A stretch of DNA of 64,000 nt from Penicillus capitatus (taxonomy: Eukaryota > Plantae > Chlorophyta). The number at the start of each line of letters is the position of its first letter. The first letter of the stretch is position 1. The notes beneath the pieces are model-generated. The model worked only from the letters and a program-made list of their open reading frames with translations, searched no databases and was not told where the DNA came from. The DNA lies in assembly GCA_965649825.1 (NCBI GenBank), contig OZ287696.1, forward strand, positions 1,159,101 through 1,223,100, written 5' to 3'. This document shows, in pieces, positions 39,083-50,900 of the stretch. The translations under genes were made by a program, and so were the position numbers.

Positions 39083-41867
39083 ATGGAGATCGAATCGATC
39101 GACGACGAAGAGGTCTCGAAGATCGCGTTCACGGCTGAATGCTCATCAGAGGTGACTGCTCGTCTTCCGGATCGGTGTCGCAGCTGGGCGATGACGCGAT
39201 CGGCTGTTCGACAGGACGCAGAGCATCCCGTGTTCGAGCTGCTGCGCCAGACTAAAGAGACGCGCGGATGGCAGTCCGCAAAGTCGACAAGCGCGTCGCT
39301 GATGTCTCTGCGATGGAACGTTGGTTGCAGGAACTGTGCGTATCCGCAAGAGCTCCTCCTGCGCTTCGACCGTTGCGTCCGAATCAGACAGATCCAGCTG
39401 CTCTGTCACGAATTCAAAGTCCGGGTCTGCAAGTGTCGCCGCAGTTGGTGACATGCGGTCGCAGATTTCGTCGAGAATCGAGCTGAGCGTGGGGACGGTT
39501 GTTCGGCAGGACGAAGAGGACGTCCTCGAGTGGACGAAGCTCGGAAGTCTGTCGTTCGACGCCAACGAGCGAAGCCGATTTCTGGCCCGAGAGCTCAAGA
39601 GCGTGCACGTGACGGCGGAGGGAGATGCGTTGAGGCTTCGGCTCTTCGACTGCCACGCAAACAGACTCAACGCGGACCGCCAAGTCTGTCGACGCACTCG
39701 GTGGATGATGGCGGACGGCGCTCGCCTTGCAGATCGGCGTCGTCGCTTTGAACGTTCTGGGGATGTACGTCGAACACGCGTCGTCGACTGAGGAAACGGA
39801 CGGCGGTCGACGACGTGGAGGCGGCGCTGAAGAAGACGCGGTGGCGTCGGCGGACCCGGCTGTCGGACAAGACCTGGACTCGACAACGCTCCCCGAAGTG
39901 CACAGGCTGCAAAGGTGCGACAGAACGAGGGAGACCGCACTCCACGCGTACGCTCGATCTCTCGCCAGGCTCAAGGAGGTCGCCGTCGCAAACGAAGACT
40001 ACGACGAAGCCAAGAGGCTCAAGCATCGACTCGATCGCATCCGTTCCGTCGGGACTCGATTGGCCGCGCTCGAGAGGCAGAAGCGGCGAGCCGTGGAGGC
40101 CGAAGACTACGACCTGGCGAAGCAGCTCAAGGAAGAGATCCGGCGCATCCGGGAAGGGTCGTCGATGGACGGCGCCTCCTCGGTGGACGCGTTCGACGAG
40201 GGAGCGATCCAGGCTCTGACCGATGTCGACCTCCCGCACTCAGGTAGCTCCCGGAAAGGATGTGAAGGGGCGAGACGATGTCCTTCATCGCAGCGGAGCG
40301 CGTCCGGGGACGGGAGGCTTCGGTCGAGTCCACGGCTGCTCGGGCGGCGAACCGCGTGCCCGACTCCCTCGCCGGCTTTCGAAGCCAGCACGACGATTAC
40401 GATGAGCGCGCCGTCAAGGGAAGAGGCGGAACAAGCGACGTCGAAATCGATTCGCCTCCTGCTTACTCTCTCCCCGAGTCGCCGGCCTCGGCCGCGCCCG
40501 ACGCTCCGGAAGGATTCCCTCCAGGTCTCCCGTCGCCGGAGCCCCTGGCGGATGCGCATGCCAAATCCGCCCAGTCGCTCGAGCAGTTCGCCGGAGAGTT
40601 CGTCGCCCGATGCTTCTACTCCAGAAACTGGCACCTACGAGAGGCGTCACTGGTCTATCTGCAGGGCCACGCGGAGGAGCTGGCGCAGCCGGGTCAGGAG
40701 AGGGAGGGGTTCCGTCTGCTCTGCCAGGTCGCGGTGCGCGGACTCGGTGACAAGGTCGCCAACGTCTTCCTCGCCTCCGCCTCGTTCATCCGCACCATCG
40801 CGACAGGTAACATGACTCTCTCCAGGGATCTGCAGTTCGCGACGGCCGAGTTTCTGCCGATCCTCGTCGGGAAGCTCGGCGACACGAACCCTCGGATTCG
40901 AGACGCGGCGCACGAGTCGGTCCTGATGCTGGCGCGACTCAAGGACGGCGCCGTCAAGAACCACACAGGACTCTTCATCAGTCCCGTCAAGAAGCAGAGC
41001 GCCTGGCGTCCCGTCCTCGGCAGACTGGAGCTGGTCTCGGACCTGGTCGAGGTCATCGGCGTCGGCAAGGGAGGCTCTGCGGGTTTCGACGTCGACCAGT
41101 TGATGTCGTTCGTCGCTCGGGCGTACACATCGCCGAACGCGAGCGTACGGACCGCGGCCATCGGCCTGACCGCCAGGCTCGCGACCGTCGTCGGGCCCGT
41201 CGTCAAGAAATACGTTCCGGGCGACGTGAATCCCAAGGTGCGGCAGCAAGTCGATCAGGAGATCGACTTCGCGCTCGGAGAGACGAGTCGGCAGGCGTCG
41301 CCGGCCCGACCCTCAAGACGGAGTCCAGGGAGCGACGCGAGGACGCCCACCACCACCGGTAAGCCGACGCGGGCGTCTTCCGTCGACGCCCTCTGTCGCT
41401 CATCAGGCAGCCAGCTGTCGCCGAGCTCCTCCGCGGCGCAGCTCGAAGAGAATCCGGCCGTTCTCGAGTCTGCGCTGCGGAAACAGGAGCAGCTGCTGGG
41501 CGACGACCATCCAGATCTGGCCGAGGTGCTCACGAATCTGGCAACGGCGTACACGCAGCGGGAGGAGTTCGACAAGGCCCATCCTCTGCTGAAACGCGTG
41601 CTCGACATCAACGAAGCGCACTTTGGATGCGATCACTCGAACGTGGCGCACGCTCTGACGGACCTCGCTGTCTTTCACATGGAACAGGTGCAGAGAGTCG
41701 GTCGGCGGAAGGCAAAACGAAAGACGCCTTTTGTTGCCGGACAGGGCCAAGACGACGAGGGACGTCCGCTTCTGGAGCGAGCGCTGCTCATCCAAGAGAA
41801 GAATCTCGGCGCAGACCATCCTGACGTCGTCGCCATCAGAGATGTCCTTGCCGCGGACGACGAATAG
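39083..41867 (+). CDS. CEP104: CEP104/FAP256-like ciliary-tip protein (jelly-roll, coiled coil, TOG) with C-terminal TPRs
   Basis: N-terminal GWQSAK|NCAYPQELLLRF...IQLLCHEFK|ISSRIEL...LGSLSFDANERSRFLARELKSVHV...Q|IGVVALNVLG. Also AVANEDYDEAKRLK, a TOG (FYSRNWHLRE, KLGDTNPRIR) and kinesin-light-chain-like TPRs (LGDDHPDLAEVLTNLA). Confidence 0.88.
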
Positions 41868-42743
41868 GCAGACACAGAAATAGCTAGACCCGGCGGCGCC
41901 ACTCTCTTGCACCTCAAACGCCGCGGCCGTCCGTTCGCGCGAAGTCGAGTACGGTGAACGAGAAGTCATCGGATGTTTAAGCTCGTCGCTGTATACAATC
42001 TCCGGGTCATCAGCGTTGTTTGAGCGAGATGTGCTTTGCGATCGCAAACGCAAGGCCGTTCGATCGAACGTCTTTCGACACACGCCGATCTCCTCGTTCG
42101 TTCGTGTCCCTCGGTGGATACGAACGAATTCACCGACAACGTCTGAGGACGAACCCGGATCAGGTGCATCAGTATTGACAATCAAGCTTTGGCAGTTTTG
42201 TTAGACAGATATCTTTCGCCGATGCATTGATCTAATCGTCAGTATCTTTGATTGGACGGGCACGTGTCTTTCCGCTCCGATGATAAAGACCGTCATCCTC
42301 TAACATACAAGGTTTAGCAGGAATGTTCTGAACACCAGCAATCGAATGTCCTAGACAGTATATCCTACCGCCAAAGAGTAATGCGAGATGATACGGGCAA
42401 GCACGGATCTCTCTTTTTCGTCCTTGAGCTGTGTGTGTTCAGGAGTATCCATCTGTGACGAAGGCCTCTCTCCCACACTGGGTTGGTGCCGAACCTGCAT
42501 ACTCGTTCATGAATTTTCTGTAGTCTTGGATGTTCTTTCTTCAGTGTTAAATGACACTCGGCAAGAGATGCCATTGGGGTGGCAGTAGTATACAATCGAG
42601 CTTCTTTGTGGTAGGTACTCTGAGTCCTGCATGTTTAAACCGAGTCGATCGGACACACCTCTAGCAACCTGGACTGGGATGCATAAGGGACGTCTTATAC
42701 TGAATTTTCGACGCGTTCGTTATCGCGAGCCACATCGTCTACT

Positions 42744-42876
42744 GTGTCTGTGCAGTCGTAACAAATGAGATGGCCTAAACAGCTTAACAGGTGTCTGTAC
42801 AATTGCCACAAGTGAGATGGCCTAAACAGCTTATCATGTGTCTGTACATTTGCCTCAAATGAGATGGCCTAAACAG
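42744..42876. repeat. 47-bp tandem repeat, about 2.5 copies
   Basis: Units start at 42763, 42810 and 42857 and share TGAGATGGCCTAAACAG. The rest of each unit is also similar. Confidence 0.93.
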
Positions 42877-43109
42877 AAAATCCCTCTTTTTATTAAACAG
42901 AACGGACAGAATGTGATCGATTCAGTAGTACGTCATCAAGGTTGTAAAATCTAGTTTGCACAAGTCCAGCATTCTTAAATGCTCGAAAGATAAAAACTGG
43001 GATAGAGATATGCAGAAAGGCCAAATGGCTATTCGTCTAGAGGTAATTGAGAATGTCCCACAACAACTGAAATGTACGCGATCGGCATTAAAAAAGCTGT
43101 CTGCTGCTG

Positions 43110-44590
43110 CTGTCAAATCAGGGATTGTATGCTGCTGCTGTCAAATCAGGGATTGTATGCTGCTGGAGGCTGATAATAGGCTGTCTGCTGCTTGCTTCAT
43201 CATAGGCTGCCGGATGTCAAATCATAAGTTGCCTGATGCTGGAGGCTTGCTTCATTGTCGGTTGTCGTCTTCATCGAACACCGTCGGATTTCAGATCACG
43301 TAGGATGTCTGCTGCTGGAGGCCTGACCGTAGGCTTTTCGTCTTCATCATGGACAGTCGGATGTCGGATCGAATTTGTTGTCCGCTGCTGGAGGCTGCTG
43401 CTGCTGCTGCTGCTGGCTTTATCATAAGGTATTGGACGCTTAATCGGAGATCCTGATCTTCATCATAGCTCTCGGATCTTAGATCGGATGGGCAGTTGTC
43501 TTCATCATACGCTGTCGAATATCCGATCAAAGGCTGCTGGAGGCTTGATCGTCGTTTCTCGTCGTCATCGTAGGCTTTTAGATGCCGGGTCATAGACTGC
43601 CGGAGGCTTGATCACACACCATCGGATTCCAGATCTAGGCTGTCGCCTTCATCACACGCCGTCGAATGTCAAATCAGAGGCTGCTGTTGAGGCTTCATCA
43701 TCGGTTGTTCATCATCATCGTCTGTCGGATTCCAGATCATATCGATTGTCTGCTGCTGGCGGTCAGATCATAAGGCTGTCGGAGGCTTCATCGTAGGTTC
43801 TCGTCTTCATTGTTCGCCGTGGGATGTCAGATCGTAGATTATCTGCTGCCGTCGGATCATAGGTTGTCTGCTGATTGCTTCATCGTAGCTCCCGGATGTC
43901 AAATCAAATTCCGTCTGCCGCTTGATGTCAGATGATAGGCTGCTGGAGGCTTGCTTCATCACACGCCGTCGAATGTCAAATCATATTCTGTCTGCTTCTG
44001 AAGGATTGCTTCATCATAGGCTGTCAGATATCGGATCATGTAAGTTGTCTGCTGCCGGAGGCTGTCAGATTATAGGCCGTCGGAGGCTTCATCATAGGTC
44101 TGTCGGACTCCAGATCATAAATTATCTTCTGCTTGAGGCTTGATCGCAGGTCGTCGTCTTCATCATAGATTGTTGCAGGCTTCATCATGGGTTGTCGTTC
44201 TCATCAATGGGCTGTAGGATCCCATATCATAGCATGTCTGCTGCTGGAGGAGGCTTGATCGCAGGTTTTCGTCTTCATCGTAGGCTGTCGGGTTTCAGAT
44301 CATAAATTATATGCTACTGGAGGCTTCATCGTGTGTTGTTCGTCATCATCATCTGTCGGATGTCAGATCATGTGGGTTGTCTGCTGGAGGCTTCCTTGTA
44401 GGCTGTCGGATTCCAGATCAGAGGCTGTCGTCTTCATCGTACACCGTCTACTGTCGAATATTGGATCATTGGATGTTTGCTGCCAGAGACTTCATCGTGG
44501 GTTATCATCGTCATCATGGGCTGTTAGATTCCAGATCATAAGCTGTCTGCCTGGAGGCTTCATCGTACGTTTTCGGACGTCGGCTTCGTC
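43110..44590. repeat. Degenerate modular minisatellite of about 1.5 kb
   Basis: Recurring modules CTGCTGCTGGAGGCTT, GTCGTCTTCATCRTAGG and CTGTCGGATKYCAGATCATA in shuffled order. Also contains an exact ~29-bp duplication near 43128-43185. Confidence 0.88.
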
Positions 44591-45171
44591 ACGTATCGTC
44601 TCTTGTTAGCACAGCTGGTCGAGAGAGACCTTATTTGGCCAGCATAATGACATTGCTTCCGCGGCAGATTTCTCTAGGTCTCTCGGAGCTTCGCAGAATT
44701 CACTGGCTGATGAACTAGCACTCTGACCTTGGACGACATCTCTTCTTGACGAGCAACACTTGTTCCAATAGACTAACTGTTAACGAAAGTGAAACGTTTG
44801 CATCGGCTGGGTTTGATTGTACTCAGCAGAGATCAATCGGTGAACTGATCTCTACAGGCGATGCAGTGATGCTGATTGAGACAGTAATCTGCACTGAGGG
44901 CCTTCTGTCTGAATCAAAGCTCGATGACCAGCCATTGCCTCTCAAACGGTAATCGATCGGTCTTCTACGACAAGACTTCACGCATCAATTCTCCACAGTG
45001 TCCTCCACAAAGATCCGAATCTTCTGGCCTGTCTGGAACATCTCGTTCGGCTTTTGTTTTTCGCATTCTAAGGTTCCATACCTTTGACATTATATATCTG
45101 CAGAACACCAGCGGCTTCGCATTCACGGAAGACGACTCGGGTAGGCACGTCGTTCCAGGCTTGGATAGTTA

Positions 45172-45396
45172 TGCCATGTGCAGGACTGCGCCGATCTGCA
45201 TCAAGGCAGATCGACGGCAGTCTCATGCACATGGCAGTAGCTATGGCCTCTTGAGCCGCCTCCATGTGCAGGACTGCGCCGATCTGCATCGAGGCAGATC
45301 GACGGCAGACTCATGCACATGGAGTAGCTACGCACAAGGTCTGCGTCGATCTGCATCGAGGCAGATCGACGGCAGACTCATGTACATGCCCCTTGT
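45172..45396. repeat. Three tandem ~60-nt imperfect palindromes (hairpin-forming)
   Basis: Core GWCTGCGYCGATCTGC-ATCRAG-GCAGATCGACGGCAGWC occurs three times. Outer arms are TGCCATGTGCA/TGCACATGGCA (copy 1) and TCCATGTGCA/TGCACATGGA (copy 2). Confidence 0.9.
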
Positions 45397-45776
45397 CGAC
45401 CATGGGCTGATGTCTGCGTGCTTCCTACGCGTCTCCTCTTCGACTGGCCACGAGTTGGGTGAAACCGAGAAGGCAGCTGGCAATGTTATCCCCCAGGTAA
45501 TGGACCTGGTCAGGGCTTCAGGCTTTGTCGCTTCGGTCCTTGGAGAATACTGGCTTTGATTCCAGCCTTCTGTTCGCCAAAGAAAATTTATCGTTGACCG
45601 AATTCTTGACGGGGATCTTCTTTCATCCAAATCTGCTAGGATGGGCCTCCCTCCACCAGATAGTGTTTCTTTCTCCCTCTGTGAACTGCACAATCGTTTA
45701 GGAGAGAGTGCGTAAAGGGTGGGCTGACCTGGCGATTGCAATCACGGAGTGTTGGCTGTTAATCTCTAGGACAGCC

Positions 45777-46600
45777 TCACATCTGACTGCCTGCAGCCGC
45801 TCCAGATCCGTCCTGCGTCGCAGCTGGACTCGCTCTCCACTCCGGAGACCGCATCCTCCGTCCTGCGCACAGAGTGAGGAGAGGGATCCCTGGCAGAAAG
45901 GATGGGCACCTTATAGCAAACCTTTTCGTCGCTTGTGTTTCGGCTTCCTGGCAGCTCGAGGCGCGGCAGAGCCGCGCCTTCTCCTCTTCTTCGTCTCCTT
46001 CGGCTCTCTGGCGGCCTTCAGCGATCTCTTGCGACATCGATCGCGGTTCAGTCGCACCACCTGCTGGTGGGCGACATTCATCTTGTTGGCGATGTCCCTG
46101 CACTTCTCCACGTCGAGCGGATCCATGTCGTCCATCCGCTCCTGGAGCGTCAGCCACTTGGACGTCGTCGTCTTGGGGCTTGACCAGTTTCCGGCGACAG
46201 CTCCATCCCTATTGCTGTCGACTTCGCCCCGTCCAGGTAGCAGCAGATCGCGGTGATCATCATCGTCGCTTGAGAGAGGCAACAACGTATCTTCCTCGTC
46301 GCTGCCCGTGTCGCCGGAGACAGTTTGGTACCTGCGTAGCTAACACTGGATTCTCTTAGATGCTCCATCCTTAGCTACCTCTGACGATTCAGACGTCAAC
46401 CGTCCCATGCCACGCGTCTCCGAGCCCCCCGGCAGTCCAGAGAACAGCCGCACCGGACTCCATTGTCGAGTCCACCACACCCACGACCCACGTTCTGGAC
46501 AGTTCCGAGTCGATCCTTTCGGTCGCGGAGGGCGAGTTTTCGTCGACTGGCGACCTGCAAGACGCAAATGAACGTTGGGTAATGTGAAGGAATTTCCCAC
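45777..46600 (-). CDS. Hypothetical basic nuclear protein with a possible helix-turn-helix segment; exon boundaries uncertain
   Basis: ORF 45911..46285 has an acidic stretch, LDVEKCRDIANKMNVAHQQVVRL and a K/R-rich NLS-like tail, and is flanked by plausible GT-AG sites. Confidence 0.4.
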
Positions 46601-47947
46601 GAGGGCAGGAGGAGAGATTCGACTCACTATCGAAGGCGCACGCGGAAGGAGTGCCAAATGGCTGGAGTCGGCTTCCGATCTCTATCCAGCAGATCCTTCT
46701 TGGTGGGCGAGTGCGTCGAAAGGCAGCGGCTTGGACAGCGGTAGACGAAAATCGTCAAGAGAGCGGCGACCGGGAAGCGTTTCTGCTGGAAAAGATAAAC
46801 GCAGCGAGAAACGTCCAAAACTCGAAGAAACGAAAAAGCAATACGATTCAGAAACGCCCAGGGTTTTGACCGCAAATGACAGTCGCAACCGTGTGAGGCA
46901 GTTAGTGATGGCGACGTAATCACCAACGACGAAGCCGCCGAGCAATAAGCAAGCGCTAGACTCGACTGAAACGCTTCCAGCATCCAAATCTCCTGCTGTG
47001 GAACGGACTGTGCCGTTATCCAGTCACATGTCGAGGAATGTTATTTCTCGAGGATCATGCAGAAGTGGCGGTTATGACTGGCACATGAGAGGCTGCATGC
47101 AAAATCGAACCGGATACCCATTTCTGGCGTTTAGCAGATCATGTTCATAGAAATCACCCTGTGGACTTATACCTATTGCATCTCAGTACTGGTTTGAGAC
47201 TCGCTGTCATACAAGTATCAAAGAAATGTAACTATGTGCTCTCTACCTTCGAGTGATCAAAGGGCGAGGTAAGACCCTCTCAAGGATGTCTTCATCAGAA
47301 TCGCGATCAATCAGTTGACAGCACGAGTTGTTGATTTCTCATCTGAGCACTCTTCTGATGATACGACAATGGCCAACACAGATTGATTTAGGATGGTATG
47401 AATTGGTTATTGGTTTGATGGTGATCACCTGGTGTGCGTGTCGAAATATTGGCGCGTAGCTCTCTGAAACGATCTGGCGAACTCTCTACCTACTTGGGCG
47501 CCGACCTAACCTCTATAATCCGTAAGACGGTCTCGTTTAAGGATTCTTGCTTTGCTCGGGCCGGAGATTTCCAATGGATCTTCTCTTGACAGTATGTCGT
47601 CAGTGACAGACACGAGAGACGGCGATCAAGCGAGTCGAGATTTCGCCTTGACAGTTGCCTTTCTTTCGCGAGAAAAGACGGCTGCACAAAAGAGGCGTCG
47701 TCTAATTGGTGACCGTGGTTCAAGGAATGCAGAGCAAGAAACCACTGCGCAGCTCGCAAAGGAGGTTCTTCGTACGATCGGGCGCGTAGAAGACGATCGC
47801 TGTAAACTCATTCCGAGAACAGTTTCGTCGAGTAACAAGCGTTCCCTCTGTTCATCTGACGAAAGCTCCGCCAAAGAAACGCGTCAGCGTGAGCAACAGA
47901 CAAATGCAATTTCACTCGGAAACTTCTCGCACGCCAAAACGTTCTAG
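46575..47947 (+). CDS. Possible hypothetical multi-exon gene; poorly resolved
   Basis: Protein-like ORFs 46575..46919 and 47552..47947. The intervening exon structure could not be established. Confidence 0.28.
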
Positions 47948-50900
47948 AGCTTCCAGAACGGACTGGAGACCGTCCCCTGCACGCAGAATTTTGTACTGGC
48001 CCGATGACGACAGATCCACCACGGTCGATCCCAGTTTCGATCCTGAGCTTCGGCCACCGTCGAAGACGACGGCACAGTCCGGCCAGAGCTCCTGAAACTC
48101 AGAAACGCACACACTTGACGGATCTCCGCTCCTGTTGGCGCTCGTCAGCGCGATCGGTTTGCGCAGCCGACTGCACAGAAGGCGAGCGAACTCGGCATCC
48201 GGTACCCGCACGCCTAGAGATGCAGCCGAAACGCGAGATGGCACCGTGGGTTCCATCAGAACCTACCGATCGAAGGGAGACCTGGATTGAGCTCCGGTGC
48301 GAGGGGAGACGTCTCCTTCCGTCGGAGGACCGCCGTTACGGGTCCAGGAAGCAGGGCATCCAGCAACCCGTCGGGCAGGTGATGCACCTCGCACAGTCTG
48401 GCGACATCTTGAACCTCGGCCACGCACACGGCCAGCGGCACATCCGTCGAACGACCCTTCGTCGCATACAGGGCGTTGACGGCGTTTCCGTTCCCTGCGT
48501 CCGCCGCCAATCCGTAGATCGTGTCCGTGGGCAGGCCTATGCGGCGCAGAGGATGAGAGTGGAGAACGAGAAGCGAGATCCGGACCGACGAGTCTGCCTC
48601 TCTCGAGTTCCTCGACGCCTCTGTCGACGTGTTCAACGACGGCTGGAAGGATTCGTCCCTCGGCGTTGTCTTCGCCACCCGGAGAGCCCTTCCTCTCGTC
48701 TTTGAAACGCATATCCACGACGACCTGCGGTGCCGACAGTGGTTTCTCAGCTACGACACTCGGTACAGAGATGGCCACTCACCGCCAGATGATCGGACGG
48801 GTACACCTTGGAGGGACACGGCTTCCCTATCCTCTCGGGAGAGGGTATGGGAATGTCCCGTTCGACGTCCACGAAGCGCGGCTCGTACCAAACGTAGTCC
48901 AGCAGTCCTTTGAAGCCTTCAGTGAAGTTCGAGTAGGGCGTTTCCAGACCTGACACACAGCCGAACGTCTGTTAGACGTGATCGAACGAACAGCTTTCGA
49001 TCGTTCGTTCCCTACTCATCGCGCTTCGAAGCTCGAACGGCGCCTCGACGTCGATGCCTTCGACTGGATCCCCTTCGCCCTCGTCTGCGCTCTCGTACAG
49101 CCGCGACACGTCGTCTTCTGGTGTCATCTGGGCGGAGAAACAGACGGAGTCGGTGTCGAGCCGAGCAGAGGCGATCACCTTGGTCCAGCGGAACTTCCGG
49201 CACTCGCTCCACTCCCAGTGGTCCTTCCTAAGGCGGCCGTCGCGCAGCAGCGTCAGTGCGGCTGCGTCCACAAAGAGCGTTGCGGCTTCTGCATCGCCGA
49301 GAGCCAGACTGCATACCGTCGACTTTCCCGGTGGCCAGATCGACGCTGCTGTTCAGATCGCCGACCAGCACAAGCTGCGCACTCTCTTCAACGGATCGCG
49401 CCCAGACGCTCGCCCGGTGGAGCATGTCGAGGACGTGGAAGACGCGTATGTGCTCTCCGTGCGAATGAGAAATGAGATGCGTGTTCACCACGCAGAGCGG
49501 CTTCTCGCCTTCTCCGACCGGCTTCAGGAGGACCGCCTGGCCAATCGTCACCACGTTCTTGAGCGCCGTGCTCATGTTCTTGCACCCGGCGATCATCTCG
49601 CGAAAGGGCATGAGGTGTGCGGGAAGCTCGCCGTTCAGGACTTCGTTCATGTTCAGGCGGACATGCGCAGCAATCTGAGTGCATGCGATGCAAGGTTCGC
49701 GGCGGCGCAATCGCAGACGGACGCACCTCGAATCGCGATCGGCGGGCGAAGAGGGCCTCTCCCTCTCTCGTGGTGCCGCTTTTCTGCGCAAAGACGCCGG
49801 CGAATCCTACAGACACGACAGATGGAGGAGAGGGACCCTTCCGTTGACGTGACCTTCGGCCTGGAGATGGGGACGGTAGTAGGTGTCGAAGGCTTTCTGG
49901 TCGCACTCCTGCAAGCAGACAATGTCTGCGTGGTAGCCGAGCAGTTCTTTGAGCACAAGCTGCTTCCGCACGTCGATGTCGAGATCGCTGACAGAACTCA
50001 GCGTCAGTCTCAAAAGACAGGGGGCGAGGGCGCGCCTGGGGCTGCAGTATCCGAAAACGCTCTTCGCGTTCGGCCTCGAAACGTAGGAGTCGGCGAGGAC
50101 GTTGTAGGTGACCACGCGGAAGGACGGGGACTCTAGTGTCCGAGGCGTCAGCTCGTGTCGGCCGTCTCCGGACGCCTTCTCCCTTCCGGGAGCCACGGGA
50201 CCTGTCGACGGACGACACGTGCGTCTGTGCCGAGCGAGGAGGAAACGAACCCTGTTCGGCGAAACGCGACTCGCCGTGGACAGACGCTCCTTCTTCTGCT
50301 CCTTCGACGTCTCGGGCCACCGGCGTGCACTCGACTCCCAGTAAACGACCCACGTCTGGCGGTGCCGGAGTGTAGACCCTCTCTGTGGCAGCTTCCAACT
50401 TCGTCCACGACGTGCCTATCAACAGAATGCGATCTCTTCCTGACTGCCCCGCTAAAGTGAGCAACTTTTAGATGTCCTGGTGAACCACTGCCACAGACAG
50501 GCAGATTCGTCGGCGAATTCGAGCTGCACAAGACCCAGGTCGGCAGCAGTCCGGAAACGAACGCGGGCGCACTTCGCAGAGCGGGAAGACAGGGTGTCCG
50601 GCGATCGGCCTTTCGTTTAGACACATCTGGAATGGAGAAATGGAAGACGAAACGCGGACAGGCCTGGCTCACGTTCATGACGGTGGGCGGATTCGTCACG
50701 ACCTCGTAGCGCTTGTCGCCTGCGATCAGCCACCTCGCTCTTCGCCACGCACGCTCGTTCGTCACTGCTTCGTCGACCAGACTGCAAGAATCGCCACCCT
50801 CTGCGAGACGGGTGGATCGGACGGGCAGCAACGCACGTCGCTTCGGAGTCGGACGCATAGAGAGCCACGGTGACCGGTTGTTCTTCGACCCCGTCACACT

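Noticed and set aside
42744-42876. CRISPR-like repeat-spacer appearance
   Set aside because: The 'spacers' are near-copies of each other, there are only about 2.5 units, no cas genes are present and the context is eukaryotic. It is a simple tandem repeat.
44924-45559. 211-codon plus-strand ORF over the palindromes
   Set aside because: It starts at TTG/GTG-type codons, the three repeat copies fall in different frames, and no motifs are present.
47161-47181. VDLYLLH resembling the aldo-keto reductase DLYLIHWP motif
   Set aside because: It is bounded by in-frame stops and no other AKR motifs are nearby; probably chance.
39146-50897. Long overlapping or antisense ORFs (39146..39940, 40647..41249, 49054..50136, 49388..50464, 50148..50897)
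   Set aside because: They are shadow ORFs of GC-rich coding DNA with few stops, have no motifs, and overlap CEP104 or PDE12.
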